Positions 1 through 9,996 of a stretch of 64,000 nt of DNA are shown here, one piece after another. The stretch spans positions 832,001 to 896,000 of the forward strand of contig CAVTNB010000001.1 in assembly GCA_963736005.1 (NCBI GenBank). The letters are read 5' to 3'. The position numbers and the translations under genes were made by a program. Numbering within the stretch: the stretch's first letter is position 1; each line of letters starts with the position of its first letter. The stretch comes from an uncultured Pseudomonadota bacterium. GTDB taxonomy: Bacteria > Vulcanimicrobiota > Vulcanimicrobiia > Eremiobacterales > Eremiobacteraceae. The notes below the pieces were generated by a model. The model worked only from the letters and a program-made list of their open reading frames with translations. It was not told where the DNA came from and did not search any database.

Positions 1-1
1 C

Positions 2-1552
2 TTAGCAGTCCTCCTGGCAAGTTGCTCTCAGCAGCAAAGCACGACGCCTGCAAGCTCGTCGCCGTCCGCAGGGGGCGCCGCAGCACAATGGTCCATGTAC
101 AATGGAACATACACCGGGGATCGATATTCGCAGCTCAGCGAAATCAATGTGTCCAACGTCGCGAGCTTGCGGCCAGTTTGCAAGTATCCGCTCGCCGAAG
201 AAGGTCCATTTCAAGCCGGGCCGATCATCGCAGGTAAGGTGGCATACGTCACCACGTGGCACGATACATATGCACTCGATGCCACGAACTGCAAGCTGAT
301 TTGGCGATCCACCTACGCGCCCTCGGGTCTTGAGCCGTTCAACACGAATCGCGGAGTTGCCATCGACGGCAATACCCTATTTCGTGGCACGCAGGATGGC
401 CATCTCCTAGCCCTCGACGCGAAGTCGGGCAAGATGCTTTGGAACGTCAAAGCCGCGAATTCTAGCGAAGGTTATTTCTTAAGCGCCGCGCCCATCATCT
501 GGGATGGCAAGGTGTACATGGGGACAGCGGGCGCCGATTGGGGAGCGCGCGGACGCATGATGGCGTTCGATGAGCACGATGGTCATCTAGTCTGGAGTTT
601 CGATCTCGTCCCCACGGGCAACGAAGCGGGTGCGAACACCTGGGGAAAGGCATCGACTGCGACGACAGGAGGCGGATCCACTTGGTCGACGTTTGCGCTT
701 GATACCCAAACCGGAGAACTCTTTGTGCCGGTCGGCAACCCAGCGCCGGATTTCTCCGGTGACTATCGACCCGGCAAGAACCTCTACACTGCCAGCTTAG
801 TCGTGCTCGACGCTCAGACGGGCACCTTAAGGTGGTTCTACCAAGCGGTGCCCCATGACGTACATGATTACGATGTCGGCGCGTCACCCGTGCTCATTTC
901 GACCAAGGCCGGGAAACGTCTCGTCGTTTTTGGTGGCAAGAATGGATATCTGTATGCGCTCGATCGGGCGACGCACGCAGTCGTCTACAAAGTTGCGGTT
1001 ACGACCATTCAGAATTCAGACCTCGCCCCAACCATCAAAGGTGTTCACGTGTGCCCTGGTTGGCTCGGCGGCGACGAATGGAACAGTCCGGTGTATGACC
1101 GGGCGAATAACGAACTTATTGTGGGCACGGTAGACTGGTGCGGCAACTACACGCTGAACCAAGCGCGTTTTGTCGCCGGCAAGTTCTTCCTTGGGGGCAC
1201 CTTTGTTCCAGACCCATACCAATCAGCACATGGCTGGGTGACAGCAATTGATGCCGACAGCGGTAAGATTGTTTGGCAGGATAAAACCACAGGTCCCGAT
1301 GTCGCCGCGATGGCGCCAACCGCCGGCGGCATTATTTTTAACGGCGACCTCGGCGGCACGTTTTACGCATTCGATGCACGTTCGGGAAAGGAGCTGTATA
1401 GGTATAAGACCGTGGGTGCCATGGCGGGCGGTGTCGTCGCGTACGACGAAAACGGGCGCCAATACGTCATCGCTGATTCTGGGAATGTCTCGCGCTCCAT
1501 TTGGCCCGGAGCCAGTGGCGGCCACCCAACAGTATATATCTTTAGCAGATGA
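2..1552 (+). CDS. PQQ-dependent dehydrogenase (alcohol dehydrogenase-like beta-propeller), lipoprotein; 5'-truncated by window edge
   Basis: The frame of ORF 95..1552 is open back to base 2 (LAVLLASCSQQQ, lipobox LASC). Motifs NRGVA, GNPAP, PHDVHDYD and Trp-docking repeats. Confidence 0.9.
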   Translation, partial: LAVLLASCSQQQSTTPASSSPSAGGAAAQWSMYNGTYTGDRYSQLSEINVSNVASLRPVCKYPLAEEGPFQAGPIIAGKVAYVTTWHDTYALDATNCKLIWRSTYAPSGLEPFNTNRGVAIDGNTLFRGTQDGHLLALDAKSGKMLWNVKAANSSEGYFLSAAPIIWDGKVYMGTAGADWGARGRMMAFDEHDGHLVWSFDLVPTGNEAGANTWGKASTATTGGGSTWSTFALDTQTGELFVPVGNPAPDFSGDYRPGKNLYTASLVVLDAQTGTLRWFYQAVPHDVHDYDVGASPVLISTKAGKRLVVFGGKNGYLYALDRATHAVVYKVAVTTIQNSDLAPTIKGVHVCPGWLGGDEWNSPVYDRANNELIVGTVDWCGNYTLNQARFVAGKFFLGGTFVPDPYQSAHGWVTAIDADSGKIVWQDKTTGPDVAAMAPTAGGIIFNGDLGGTFYAFDARSGKELYRYKTVGAMAGGVVAYDENGRQYVIADSGNVSRSIWPGASGGHPTVYIFSR

Positions 1553-2235
1553 CGCACATGCGGTGGTTGAGTTCGCCCCACCGCGCGGCTCTCGCCACTG
1601 TTGTAGCGGCGCTCATGGTTCTTTGGGTGCAGCCCGCGTCTGGGTTTGAGCCGGTCCTCCGCCCAGTCGAAAGACAGGCTGCGCTTGATGAGGGGAAGAG
1701 TGCCGCTCTTGCCCATCGAGGGTATTCGGTTACGAATTACACCGTCTATGCGGTTCCCGACGCGCTGGCGATTACGCCCGGCGAAGGAGCAATCGATGCG
1801 GTTGTGGTGGGCACCCCGTTCGAGCGCGTAAAATATGCAAGCTACCTGGCGCATTTTCAAGGTCAAGCGCCATCGCCCAAAGACGTCGAGGCAGCCGCCA
1901 CACCAAATGAGATCGAATTTGTGGTTTTTGCCCACAGTTCTGGAAAGCTGGACCCCGCTTTTCTCTCTCACTTTACCTCCGTGTCATTGTCCATCTCCGG
2001 CCGTACTCCACTCGCCCCGATCTCGAAGTCGACCTTTGGACCGACGGTTGACTTCTATAATGTCGTCGGCAAGGGTCGAGAGGAACGCTGGCTGGGCTAC
2101 GACACATTTGCGTTCGATCTGGGATCCCTCAAAGTGCAGGGGGTCGATATTGCACGTCTCGCTGGTACGTTCGCAGTCATCGATCCCAACGGTCACAAAT
2201 ATTCGTTGCCGTTCGATCTCTCCAAGTATCGTTAA
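1549..2235 (+). CDS. hypothetical exported protein, overlapping the PQQ dehydrogenase stop
   Basis: 228-aa ORF, N-terminal hydrophobic signal-like segment, 4-bp overlap with the upstream gene. Confidence 0.7.
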   Translation: MTHMRWLSSPHRAALATVVAALMVLWVQPASGFEPVLRPVERQAALDEGKSAALAHRGYSVTNYTVYAVPDALAITPGEGAIDAVVVGTPFERVKYASYLAHFQGQAPSPKDVEAAATPNEIEFVVFAHSSGKLDPAFLSHFTSVSLSISGRTPLAPISKSTFGPTVDFYNVVGKGREERWLGYDTFAFDLGSLKVQGVDIARLAGTFAVIDPNGHKYSLPFDLSKYR

Positions 2236-2344
2236 CAGACGTTAACATAAAAGAGCGACGCACTTTCAGCAATTGTTCATGTAGTGTGGGTAGGCTTGAA
2301 TCCTGAAAATCTATCTGGGCGCTTATCCATTGGGGAGGTAACAC

Positions 2345-3526
2345 ATGAAAGTTTTCCGCGTGGCCACCGCGCTTGGCGCAGTGGTGGTGGCGGTGTATGC
2401 CCTTACCGGCTGCTCGGGGGGAGGAACGGTGAACCCGCCAGCATCGCTCACGAACAACGCGATGGGCACTCAAACGGGTCAATCGGCCGTTGTCGATACC
2501 TCCAATAGTGCTGCCGACACCGACCTCGAGCACGACACCGGCACGTCAGATCTTCAGCAACTCGACGATATGAAGACGATTGGTTCAACCGTCGATCCAG
2601 TCAACGGCGATCAAAATCCGTACGGTCTGGACATCGCGAAAGCGACTTCAGGCAAGCTTGACTCAGGCGATCTCGTCGTTTGTAACTTCAACAATGCGGC
2701 AAACGTGCAGGGAACGGGAACCACAATTATCGCGCTCCATCCAAAAGTTGGATCGGCGCCGCGTCGCATTGCGCAAAGTGCCTCTCTGAACGGATGTGAC
2801 GCGCTCGCGCTTTCACCTATCTCGATCTGGGCCGCCGCGTTTGCAGCGAATGACAACCCAATCGTGTCCCCAGGGGGCATGGTGCTGACGACGTTGAGCA
2901 ACGGACCATTTCATGGTCCGTTCGGACAAGCGTTTGCTCCTCACGCCGGGCCTTTTGGTGTTGCGGCATTCTATGGGAGCAACGCAGGTGACGGCAGCAT
3001 CGTTCGCATCAACATACTGAAAAATGGAACATTCGATTTCGACGTCATCGCGACCGGCTTCCCCGTCAATCATGGAGTTCCGGGCGCCATTCTCGGTCCG
3101 TCCGGCTTACAGTACGATGCCGCGCATGACCGCCTCTACATCGTCGATGGCACAGACAACTCGCTCATCGCGTTTTGCGGCGTCTCGACGATCCCATCGC
3201 ACGGAATTACAGTGATCGGAAATAACTTTGGAGGTCCATTTGGTCATCGTGCACACCTCATCCGTGCTGGACCCCCACTGAACGGTCCAATCAGCTCGGC
3301 GCTACTGCCCGATGGGCACCTCGTTGTTGGCAACACGCTCGATCCCGCCGGCAAAAACCTCATGGTCGAGATTGCGCCTAGCGGTCACGTGCTCGATGTC
3401 AAGAACGTCGATACTGGAGCCGCGGGCGCCATCTTCGGCATGGTGGCATCGGGTCACGATATCAGCGATCTAAAACTCTACTTCAACGACGACAACGCCA
3501 ACGCGGTGGAAGTCCTTTCGAAGTAA
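2345..3526 (+). CDS. secreted lipoprotein, probable beta-propeller (NHL-like)
   Basis: GGAGG RBS, lipobox LTGC, motifs NPYGL and GPSGLQYD. Confidence 0.7.
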   Translation: MKVFRVATALGAVVVAVYALTGCSGGGTVNPPASLTNNAMGTQTGQSAVVDTSNSAADTDLEHDTGTSDLQQLDDMKTIGSTVDPVNGDQNPYGLDIAKATSGKLDSGDLVVCNFNNAANVQGTGTTIIALHPKVGSAPRRIAQSASLNGCDALALSPISIWAAAFAANDNPIVSPGGMVLTTLSNGPFHGPFGQAFAPHAGPFGVAAFYGSNAGDGSIVRINILKNGTFDFDVIATGFPVNHGVPGAILGPSGLQYDAAHDRLYIVDGTDNSLIAFCGVSTIPSHGITVIGNNFGGPFGHRAHLIRAGPPLNGPISSALLPDGHLVVGNTLDPAGKNLMVEIAPSGHVLDVKNVDTGAAGAIFGMVASGHDISDLKLYFNDDNANAVEVLSK

Positions 3527-3586
3527 GCGGACCTAAAGGTCCGCTGCTACATTGGACAGAGGGGCGATTTTCCAATCGCCCCCTAC
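3527..3586 (-). repeat. REP doublet (family B GTAGCAGCGGACCTTTAGGTCCGC + family A GTAGGGGGCGATTGGAAAATCGCCCC)
   Basis: Two GTAG-plus-hairpin units, at 3527-3550 and 3561-3586, between convergent genes; both recur elsewhere in the window. Confidence 0.85.
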
Positions 3587-5511
3587 CCCGCCAAGAAGGT
3601 GTGAACGGCGTCTAACGAGTGGACGCGGCGCGCAGGCGGCAACGCCTCGAGGATTCGCCGGCCATACCACATCGTTTCGAGCCGGCCATCGAGAATGCAC
3701 ATCAGACCCCGGTCGCTTGTGCTTCGGATGAGTCGACCAAGGCCTTGTTTGAGCTTGGTGATCGCGGCTGGGATCATCAAGTGCTCGAAGGGATCGCGGC
3801 CGCTCTCGAGGAGCAAACGCGAGCGAGTCGCGACGATGGGATCATCCGGGGGCGGGAACGGAAGGCGGTCGATGATGACGCACGACAAGGCGCTGCCGAT
3901 GACGTCAACACCTTCCCAGAAGGACGACGTCGCAAAGAGCACTGCGTGGGGTTCTTCCCGGAACCAACGCAGGAGTGCGCCTTTTGGCATCTGCCCTTGA
4001 ATCTTCCAAGGAAACTGGAGCTGCGGCCCCAGCTGCATTCCGACCGCTTGCATCACTGCGATGGAGGTAAACAGCACGAACGCGCGGCCCTGCGTTGCGT
4101 GGAGAATGTTCTCAACTACAGGCGCTGCCTCAGCGGCAAAGGTGGGGTTCTTTGGATTGAGCTGCTGCTCGGGTAAGAACAACATCGCTTGATTGGCAAA
4201 ATCAAATGGAGATTCCACAATCAGTTCATCGATGGGGGCGCTCTCCAATCCGACCTGGCGGCGCAGGTACGCAAAGTCGCCACCAGTAGAGATGGTTGCC
4301 GACGTCATGACGACGCTACGGCTCTTCTCAAAGAGCAGCTCGCGCAGCAAATCTGCAACCGACGCGGGCGCGCAATGCGCTGCGAAGTGCCCCGATCGAT
4401 CGTCGCTGCGCTCGACCCAACATATCCAGTCCTCACCCCCGAGACGGAGACGTTCGATGGTTTGCGTGTGCGCAACAATGAGCCGCAACACAAGGTCGCG
4501 GCGGCGCTTGAGTGCCTCTTCGGGCGCGCTCGGAAAGCGCGAGCCAGAAGCCCACTTCTCGGCAACCCAATTCTCGGCCCGATACAGGGCGCGCTGTAAG
4601 GGCTCGAGCTGCTCGATTGCTTGGGGATTCTCATGAAAGGGATAGCGCAGCAATGGACGACGTGACAGTCGCCCGCCCGATTCGAGCGCGTTGGCGAAAT
4701 CGCTGGCAGCTTGGCTAATCGCCGCACCGAGCAGTTCATCGAAGACATAGGCGCGAGCGAGCTTGTGCAGCAATCGCGCGATACCCGCGCGAGAAATGGT
4801 TGAAGAAAAGGCAGCGGTCGCCCATTCTTCGATCTGGTGCGCTTCATCGAGGACCACATAATCGTACGGCGGAATCACACCCCCGCCCATCGCGAGATCG
4901 CTAAAGAACAACGCATGGTTGACGACGACAATATCTGCGTGGCGAGCGGCGTCTCGCGCGTGCATTTGATGGCAGCGTTCTGGCCCAAAGAATTCACACG
5001 CTTCCATGAGACAGTCATCAGCATCGGCATCGACCTCGCGCCACAGAGCGTCCGGCGGGACGAAGTCAAGCTCGGCGCGATCTCCGGTGGCAGTGCGATC
5101 CGCCCATGCGAATAACGTTCGATCGTGCGAGCTTTGTGCAAGAACGAGCCGCGAGCGCAGTTGTTCGAGTTTGTCGCGGCACAAATAGTTGTTTCTTCCT
5201 TTGAGTTGGACGACGCGAGCATTGGAATCGAGGACCTCGAGCACGCGCGGGATGTCCTTTTGGAGCAGTTGTTCTTGCAGCGCGAGCGTCGCCGTGGAGA
5301 TAACGACTCGCTGCCCGGAGAGCACCGCAGGCACGAGATAGCCAAACGATTTGCCCGTGCCGGTTCCCGCTTCGACCATGACGTGAACGTGCTCGAGGAA
5401 ACCGCGGTTCACAAGCTTGCCCATAGCGATTTGCGCCGGGCGATACTCATAGCCGGCGAGCGAATCTGCCAGGGGGCCGCGGCGGCCCAAAACCTCATCT
5501 ATAGTGAGCAC
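3583..5511 (-). CDS. dinG: ATP-dependent DNA helicase, DinG/YoaA family
   Basis: EAGTGTGKS, KGRNNYLC, DEAH, FWEGVDV, KQGLGRLIR; Fe-S cysteines. Confidence 0.92.
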   Translation of the reverse strand: MLTIDEVLGRRGPLADSLAGYEYRPAQIAMGKLVNRGFLEHVHVMVEAGTGTGKSFGYLVPAVLSGQRVVISTATLALQEQLLQKDIPRVLEVLDSNARVVQLKGRNNYLCRDKLEQLRSRLVLAQSSHDRTLFAWADRTATGDRAELDFVPPDALWREVDADADDCLMEACEFFGPERCHQMHARDAARHADIVVVNHALFFSDLAMGGGVIPPYDYVVLDEAHQIEEWATAAFSSTISRAGIARLLHKLARAYVFDELLGAAISQAASDFANALESGGRLSRRPLLRYPFHENPQAIEQLEPLQRALYRAENWVAEKWASGSRFPSAPEEALKRRRDLVLRLIVAHTQTIERLRLGGEDWICWVERSDDRSGHFAAHCAPASVADLLRELLFEKSRSVVMTSATISTGGDFAYLRRQVGLESAPIDELIVESPFDFANQAMLFLPEQQLNPKNPTFAAEAAPVVENILHATQGRAFVLFTSIAVMQAVGMQLGPQLQFPWKIQGQMPKGALLRWFREEPHAVLFATSSFWEGVDVIGSALSCVIIDRLPFPPPDDPIVATRSRLLLESGRDPFEHLMIPAAITKLKQGLGRLIRSTSDRGLMCILDGRLETMWYGRRILEALPPARRVHSLDAVHTFLAG

Positions 5512-5587
5512 AAAATGCTTGAGCTCGATTCCGGTAGCGAACGGGTGTTCGAGCGCAAAGGATTCGCGCCCTTGGCGCCGGCACCTT

Positions 5588-5651
5588 GGGCGACTTGACA
5601 GTCGCCCACTACAAGCCCACTAGGAGGGGCGATTTTCCAATCGCCCCCTAC
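5588..5651 (-). repeat. REP doublet (family C GTAGTGGGCGACTGTCAAGTCGCCC + family A)
   Basis: Hairpins with GTAG foot at 5588-5612 and 5626-5651. Confidence 0.85.
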
Positions 5652-5842
5652 AAATGATCCCAGTCCCGGCGCTGGCGACGCTTGCGTTCGAGCTTGCGTT
5701 TCTTTTCGACCAGCGTTTCGCTCACGCGCGCCTGGGTATTGACGGGGAGCGTCGGTCGAAGCGCGCGGCGGCGCTGCGCTTCAATTTTCTCTTGCAATGC
5801 GCGGATGCGTGCTTTCACCTTAGGCTTTTTCTTGCGTGCCAT
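5648..5842 (-). CDS. small basic hypothetical protein (MARKKKPKVK..., 64 aa)
   Basis: GGAG RBS before ATG 5842; Lys/Arg-rich; stop lies inside a REP. Confidence 0.6.
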   Translation of the reverse strand: MARKKKPKVKARIRALQEKIEAQRRRALRPTLPVNTQARVSETLVEKKRKLERKRRQRRDWDHL

Positions 5843-5951
5843 TGCTCCCTCAAAGGTCCGCCGCCACAGGTCAGCGGAACTCGCCTCTGTGGCAATTGCG
5901 AAAGACAGACCGAAAGTCGAGCAGTCTCTTAAAGGAGCGCTGCCCACAACC

Positions 5952-6995
5952 ATGCGCGCGCTCGTGAAAGAGCGGCCCGGGCCAGGACTCGAACTCAAGC
6001 GAGTTCCCGTGCCGCAGATCGGCCCGACCGACGTGCTCGTTCGCGTCCACATGGCCGGTATCTGTGGAACCGATGGTCATATCTACAACTGGGATAAATG
6101 GTCGCAGAGCCGAGTGGTGCCGCCCCTCATCGTCGGTCACGAGTTCATGGGGACGGTGGCCGCGATAGGTGAGGCAGTTCGCAACGTGGCGGTTGGCGAT
6201 CGCGTGGCGGCCGAAGGACATATTTCGTGCGGCGCATGCCTGCTGTGCCGCACGGGACAAGAATACATATGCGAGCACGTGCGCATTCTCGGGATCGACC
6301 GCGATGGTGCGTTTGCCGATTACGTCTCGGTACCGGAGCACAATATTTGGAAACTCGATCCAGCGGTGCCCGATGCTTGGGCGGCAGTGTTCGATCCTCT
6401 CGGCAATGCCGTGCACACCGTTATGGCAGCCGGCGTCAGCGCAAAGAGTGTGATTATTACAGGGGTCGGCTCGATTGGCTTGATGGCGATACCGGTGGCC
6501 CGCGCAGCCGGTGCCTCCCGCGTCATCGCTATCGACATCAATCCACAAAAGCTTGCGCTCGCAAAATCGCTTGGGGCTGATGCGGTCTTTGACGGTCGCG
6601 ACGCAGATTTACGCGAGAAAATTATGGCCCTCACCGGTGGTCATGGCGCGGACGTGCTGCTTGAGATGAGCGGGAGCGGCGCGGCCATCAATTCAGGACT
6701 CAGCATGGTGCGCAACGGTGGTCGCGCGGCGCTCCTAGGACTTCCCTCGGACAACGTCAGCTTGAACCTCGCGGAGAATATCATCTTCAAGGGGCTCACA
6801 GTCCTTGGCATCAACGGACGGAAAATGTTCGAAACCTGGTACCAAATGCAGGCGATGGTGACGGCCCGCCGCATCGACCTGACATCGATCATCACGCACA
6901 TTTTACCACTCGAACGTTTTCAAGAAGCATTCGATCTTCTCAAAGAAGGCAAGGCCGTGAAAATCGTCATCGAAATCAACGCAAAGGCGCAATAA
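5952..6995 (+). CDS. tdh: L-threonine 3-dehydrogenase
   Basis: GICGTDGHIYNWDKW, GHEF, Zn cysteines, DPLGNAVHT, GINGRKMFETW; adjacent to kbl. Confidence 0.95.
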   Translation: MRALVKERPGPGLELKRVPVPQIGPTDVLVRVHMAGICGTDGHIYNWDKWSQSRVVPPLIVGHEFMGTVAAIGEAVRNVAVGDRVAAEGHISCGACLLCRTGQEYICEHVRILGIDRDGAFADYVSVPEHNIWKLDPAVPDAWAAVFDPLGNAVHTVMAAGVSAKSVIITGVGSIGLMAIPVARAAGASRVIAIDINPQKLALAKSLGADAVFDGRDADLREKIMALTGGHGADVLLEMSGSGAAINSGLSMVRNGGRAALLGLPSDNVSLNLAENIIFKGLTVLGINGRKMFETWYQMQAMVTARRIDLTSIITHILPLERFQEAFDLLKEGKAVKIVIEINAKAQ

Positions 6996-7001
6996 GAGTT
7001 T

Positions 7002-8207
7002 ATGAATCAAACCTACGACCGCAAGCTCAAAGGCGAGTTGGAAGCGCTGCGCGCCGCGGGCACCTACAAGACGCTGCGGCACCTGACGACACCGATGGCA
7101 GCCCAGGTCAACATGGAAGAGGCCGGCGACGTTATCGTGCTCTCGAGCAACAACTACCTTGGCCTCGCCGACAACCCGCGCGTCGTCGCCGCCGGCATCG
7201 AAGGCTTGCGCAAATATGGCGCCGGGACGTCAAGCGTGCGGTTCATCTGTGGAACCTTTGACATTCACCGCCAGATCGAAGAAAAAATCGCCCTCTTTTT
7301 AGGCACGCAAGCCGCCTTAACGTATGTGTCATGCTGGAATGCCAATGAGGGTCTTATCCCAACCGTCGCCGTTGCGGGAACCGCTATCGTCTCCGACGAG
7401 CTCAACCACGCATCGATCATTGACGGATGCCGCCTGGCCACGCAAGCGCAGCGACTGCGTTTCAAGCATTCGGACATGGCCGACCTTGAAGCAAAACTCG
7501 CATCGCTGCCACCCGACATGACCAAGTTCATCATCTCAGATGGTGTTTTCTCGATGGAAGGCGACCTCGTCAAGCTGCCGCAGATTGTTGCGCTCGCCAA
7601 GCGCTATAACGGCGTGACGATCATCGACGATAGTCACGGCACGGGCGTCATGGGCCCGACCGGACGCGGAACGATCGAACATTACGGGCTCGCGGGGCAG
7701 ATCGACATCATCACGGGCACGCTCGGCAAGGCGCTGGGCGGTGCAGCCGGCGGCTTCGTCGCCGGTTCTGCCAATCTTATTGACACGCTCATCCAAAAAT
7801 CGCGCACCCAATTGTTCTCGAATGCGCTACCGCCGACGGTCGCATGCAGCGCGCTCGCTGCCATGGAAGAACTTGAAGAGCATCCCGAGCTCTTAGTAAA
7901 ACAGCGCGAGAACATCGCGTACTTTCGCGCAGGCCTCAAGACGCTTGGGTACAAGCCCCTCGAAGGCGAGAGTGCAATCATTCCAATCATTGTCGGCGAA
8001 ACTTCGTTCGCAATCAAAATGAGCGCACTGTTGCTCAAAGAAGGAATTTTTGTAACCGGTTTCGGCTACCCCGTGGTGCCTGAAGGAACAGCGCGCATCC
8101 GGGTACAGATGAGCGCGGCCCTTGACCGGCAGCAACTCGACAAAGCTTTGACTGCCTTCGAGAATGTCGGGACGCAGCTTGGATTGCTGCCGGCAAAGGT
8201 CATCTGA
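7002..8207 (+). CDS. kbl: glycine C-acetyltransferase (2-amino-3-ketobutyrate CoA ligase)
   Basis: SNNYLGLA, SVRFICGT, LNHASIIDG, TLGKALGGA, ARIRVQMSA. Confidence 0.95.
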   Translation: MNQTYDRKLKGELEALRAAGTYKTLRHLTTPMAAQVNMEEAGDVIVLSSNNYLGLADNPRVVAAGIEGLRKYGAGTSSVRFICGTFDIHRQIEEKIALFLGTQAALTYVSCWNANEGLIPTVAVAGTAIVSDELNHASIIDGCRLATQAQRLRFKHSDMADLEAKLASLPPDMTKFIISDGVFSMEGDLVKLPQIVALAKRYNGVTIIDDSHGTGVMGPTGRGTIEHYGLAGQIDIITGTLGKALGGAAGGFVAGSANLIDTLIQKSRTQLFSNALPPTVACSALAAMEELEEHPELLVKQRENIAYFRAGLKTLGYKPLEGESAIIPIIVGETSFAIKMSALLLKEGIFVTGFGYPVVPEGTARIRVQMSAALDRQQLDKALTAFENVGTQLGLLPAKVI

Positions 8208-8231
8208 TTGCCGCATGCTTCCCTGCAACGG

Positions 8232-8576
8232 TTAGCTCTTGATCTGCTGACCTGTACTTAGGACGATGATCTTGTCAGCATGCCGCGCGCCGAGCGCCTT
8301 CTGATCGTAATACACTGTCACCCACATACCAGGCTTGATATTCGCCATCTGAAACGTGGTTGTACCGTCGTCTGAGAAGACTTGATCAAACTTGGGGACC
8401 AGAAGGAAGCTAATGGTCTGATCACCCTCGCTGTTGTATACTTTGATATTCTCCGCCGACACATGGACGACCTGACCCGTCCAGACGTTGTTGCCCGCCA
8501 AGGCACTCGAAGCTGAGAACGAGAGCACGCTTGCAATGAACGAAGCACACAATAGTAGCAAGATGTATTTGCTCAT
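8232..8576 (-). CDS. hypothetical secreted protein
   Basis: GGAGG RBS, signal peptide ending ALA; SigB-like promoter at 8601-8626. Confidence 0.7.
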   Translation of the reverse strand: MSKYILLLLCASFIASVLSFSASSALAGNNVWTGQVVHVSAENIKVYNSEGDQTISFLLVPKFDQVFSDDGTTTFQMANIKPGMWVTVYYDQKALGARHADKIIVLSTGQQIKS

Positions 8577-8770
8577 GTAACCCCCTCCGTTGCTGTGGAT
8601 ATTCCCAAGATTCTCAGAAACGTAACGGGTGCCATGCAGGTTGCGAGGCCGCTCGCGTTCCGCGCTTGGGAACATTTGGCAACACTGACTAAGAGCGAAA
8701 TGCTTGGGGTATAACGCGCGTTATCACATGTGCGGTGTATTGCAAAACTCTAAGGAGGGACTAACCCAAG

Positions 8771-9577
8771 ATGCTCCTCAAGAAGTTATGGCTTGCGGCA
8801 CCGATTGCCGCGCTCGCACTGGTGGCAACCGCTTGTACGAGCAGTTCCGTTGGCAACCTGATCAGCGGCGCAACAGGAGGCAAGGCGCAAGTCCGGGCCA
8901 TCGATGCCTCGCCGAGCGAGCCCGGGCCGCTTTCGCTGGTCGTCGCCAACACAACCATAAACAGCGGTCTGACGGCAGGCACGCCAACGGGCACGTACGC
9001 GCTCGTCGGCGCCGGCAATCAGAACTTCCAGATCGCACCAACGAGCATACCCGCGCTCTCCAAGAGCGTGGCGGCTTCTGTTTTCTATAGCCTCGCGATT
9101 GTCGGCGAACCGGGCCTCGCCGATTTCAACCTCTACATGTTCCAAGACACCAATTCCCAGGCAACCGCGAACACCGTTCGCTACAAAGTGAACGATGCGG
9201 CGCCCGCACCAGGGCCGATAGATGTTTACGTCTATCAAGGTGCAACACTGCCAACGCTTCCAACAGTCCCGGGACTCACGGTCGGCAATGACTCGGGTTC
9301 GATTGCGAACCCGCCCGGCAATTCGTACATCCCAACGCAGGGCTCGTCAACGATCCTCTCGAGCGGTACCTACGTCATCACAGTGACGCCGGCGGGAGTA
9401 CCGAGCACGATCCTGTTCAGCGGTTCGGCCAATCTTAGCGTTGGGAACTCGTACTCGTTCACAGTTGAGGACATCCCTGGCGGCAGCGCGACATCTGTCC
9501 AAGTGATTCTCGCGATCGATCAACCCGCGCAAACTTCAAATCAATCCAATCTCCTGAGCACAGCACGAAAACCATAA
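8771..9577 (+). CDS. DUF4397-like lipoprotein
   Basis: AAGGAGG RBS, lipobox ATAC, repeated VRAIDASP / VRYKVNDAAP..IDVYV modules. Confidence 0.75.
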   Translation: MLLKKLWLAAPIAALALVATACTSSSVGNLISGATGGKAQVRAIDASPSEPGPLSLVVANTTINSGLTAGTPTGTYALVGAGNQNFQIAPTSIPALSKSVAASVFYSLAIVGEPGLADFNLYMFQDTNSQATANTVRYKVNDAAPAPGPIDVYVYQGATLPTLPTVPGLTVGNDSGSIANPPGNSYIPTQGSSTILSSGTYVITVTPAGVPSTILFSGSANLSVGNSYSFTVEDIPGGSATSVQVILAIDQPAQTSNQSNLLSTARKP

Positions 9578-9582
9578 TGGAA

Positions 9583-9605
9583 GGGCGACGTAACCGTCGC
9601 CCTAC
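9583..9605 (-). repeat. REP-like palindrome GTAGGGCGACGGTTACGTCGCCC
   Basis: GTAG plus hairpin between convergent genes. Confidence 0.6.
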
Positions 9606-9630
9606 CTATGCGAGTTCGACATTCTAATTG

Positions 9631-9996
9631 CTAGGTAGTCGCGGGAGATTTTACCGAGGCAACAGCCTCGTCTGTCGTTTCGAACGTTGGAATGACGCGA
9701 GGCAACCCGGCGATGTCAAGGATGCGCGGGGCAAACCCCCCGGCAGGCGCAACAAGTGCGAGTCGCTGCCGGCGCGTACGAGCGTTTTGAGCAAAATCTG
9801 CCAACAACGCGATGGTCCGGCTGTCAAAATAGTCTGCCTTGGTCAGATCGACCACAATGCCTTGTGCCCGGGCTTCAGCGGCAGTTTCCAAGCAATGCTT
9901 CAGCTCTCCAACATTGGAGAGATCCACTTCACCGAAAACCGCGATCACGCTGACGCCATCGATCGCCCCTGTCGTAAAGCGCGCTTCGTTAGTCAT
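9631..9996 (-). CDS. STAS-domain anti-sigma factor antagonist (RsbV-like)
   Basis: GEVDLSN, VVDLTKADYFDS (phospho-Ser motif), ILDIAGL. Confidence 0.88.
   Translation of the reverse strand: MTNEARFTTGAIDGVSVIAVFGEVDLSNVGELKHCLETAAEARAQGIVVDLTKADYFDSRTIALLADFAQNARTRRQRLALVAPAGGFAPRILDIAGLPRVIPTFETTDEAVASVKSPATT

Noticed and set aside
2231..2247. GTTAACA direct repeat as a regulator site
   Set aside because: Only two copies, at 10-bp spacing and overlapping a stop codon; insufficient evidence.
5682..5951. N-terminal extension of tdh in the ORF track (similar extensions at 31640-31978, 22222-22353, 57323-57424)
   Set aside because: These extensions overlap neighbouring genes or intergenic elements; family homology starts at the downstream ATG.
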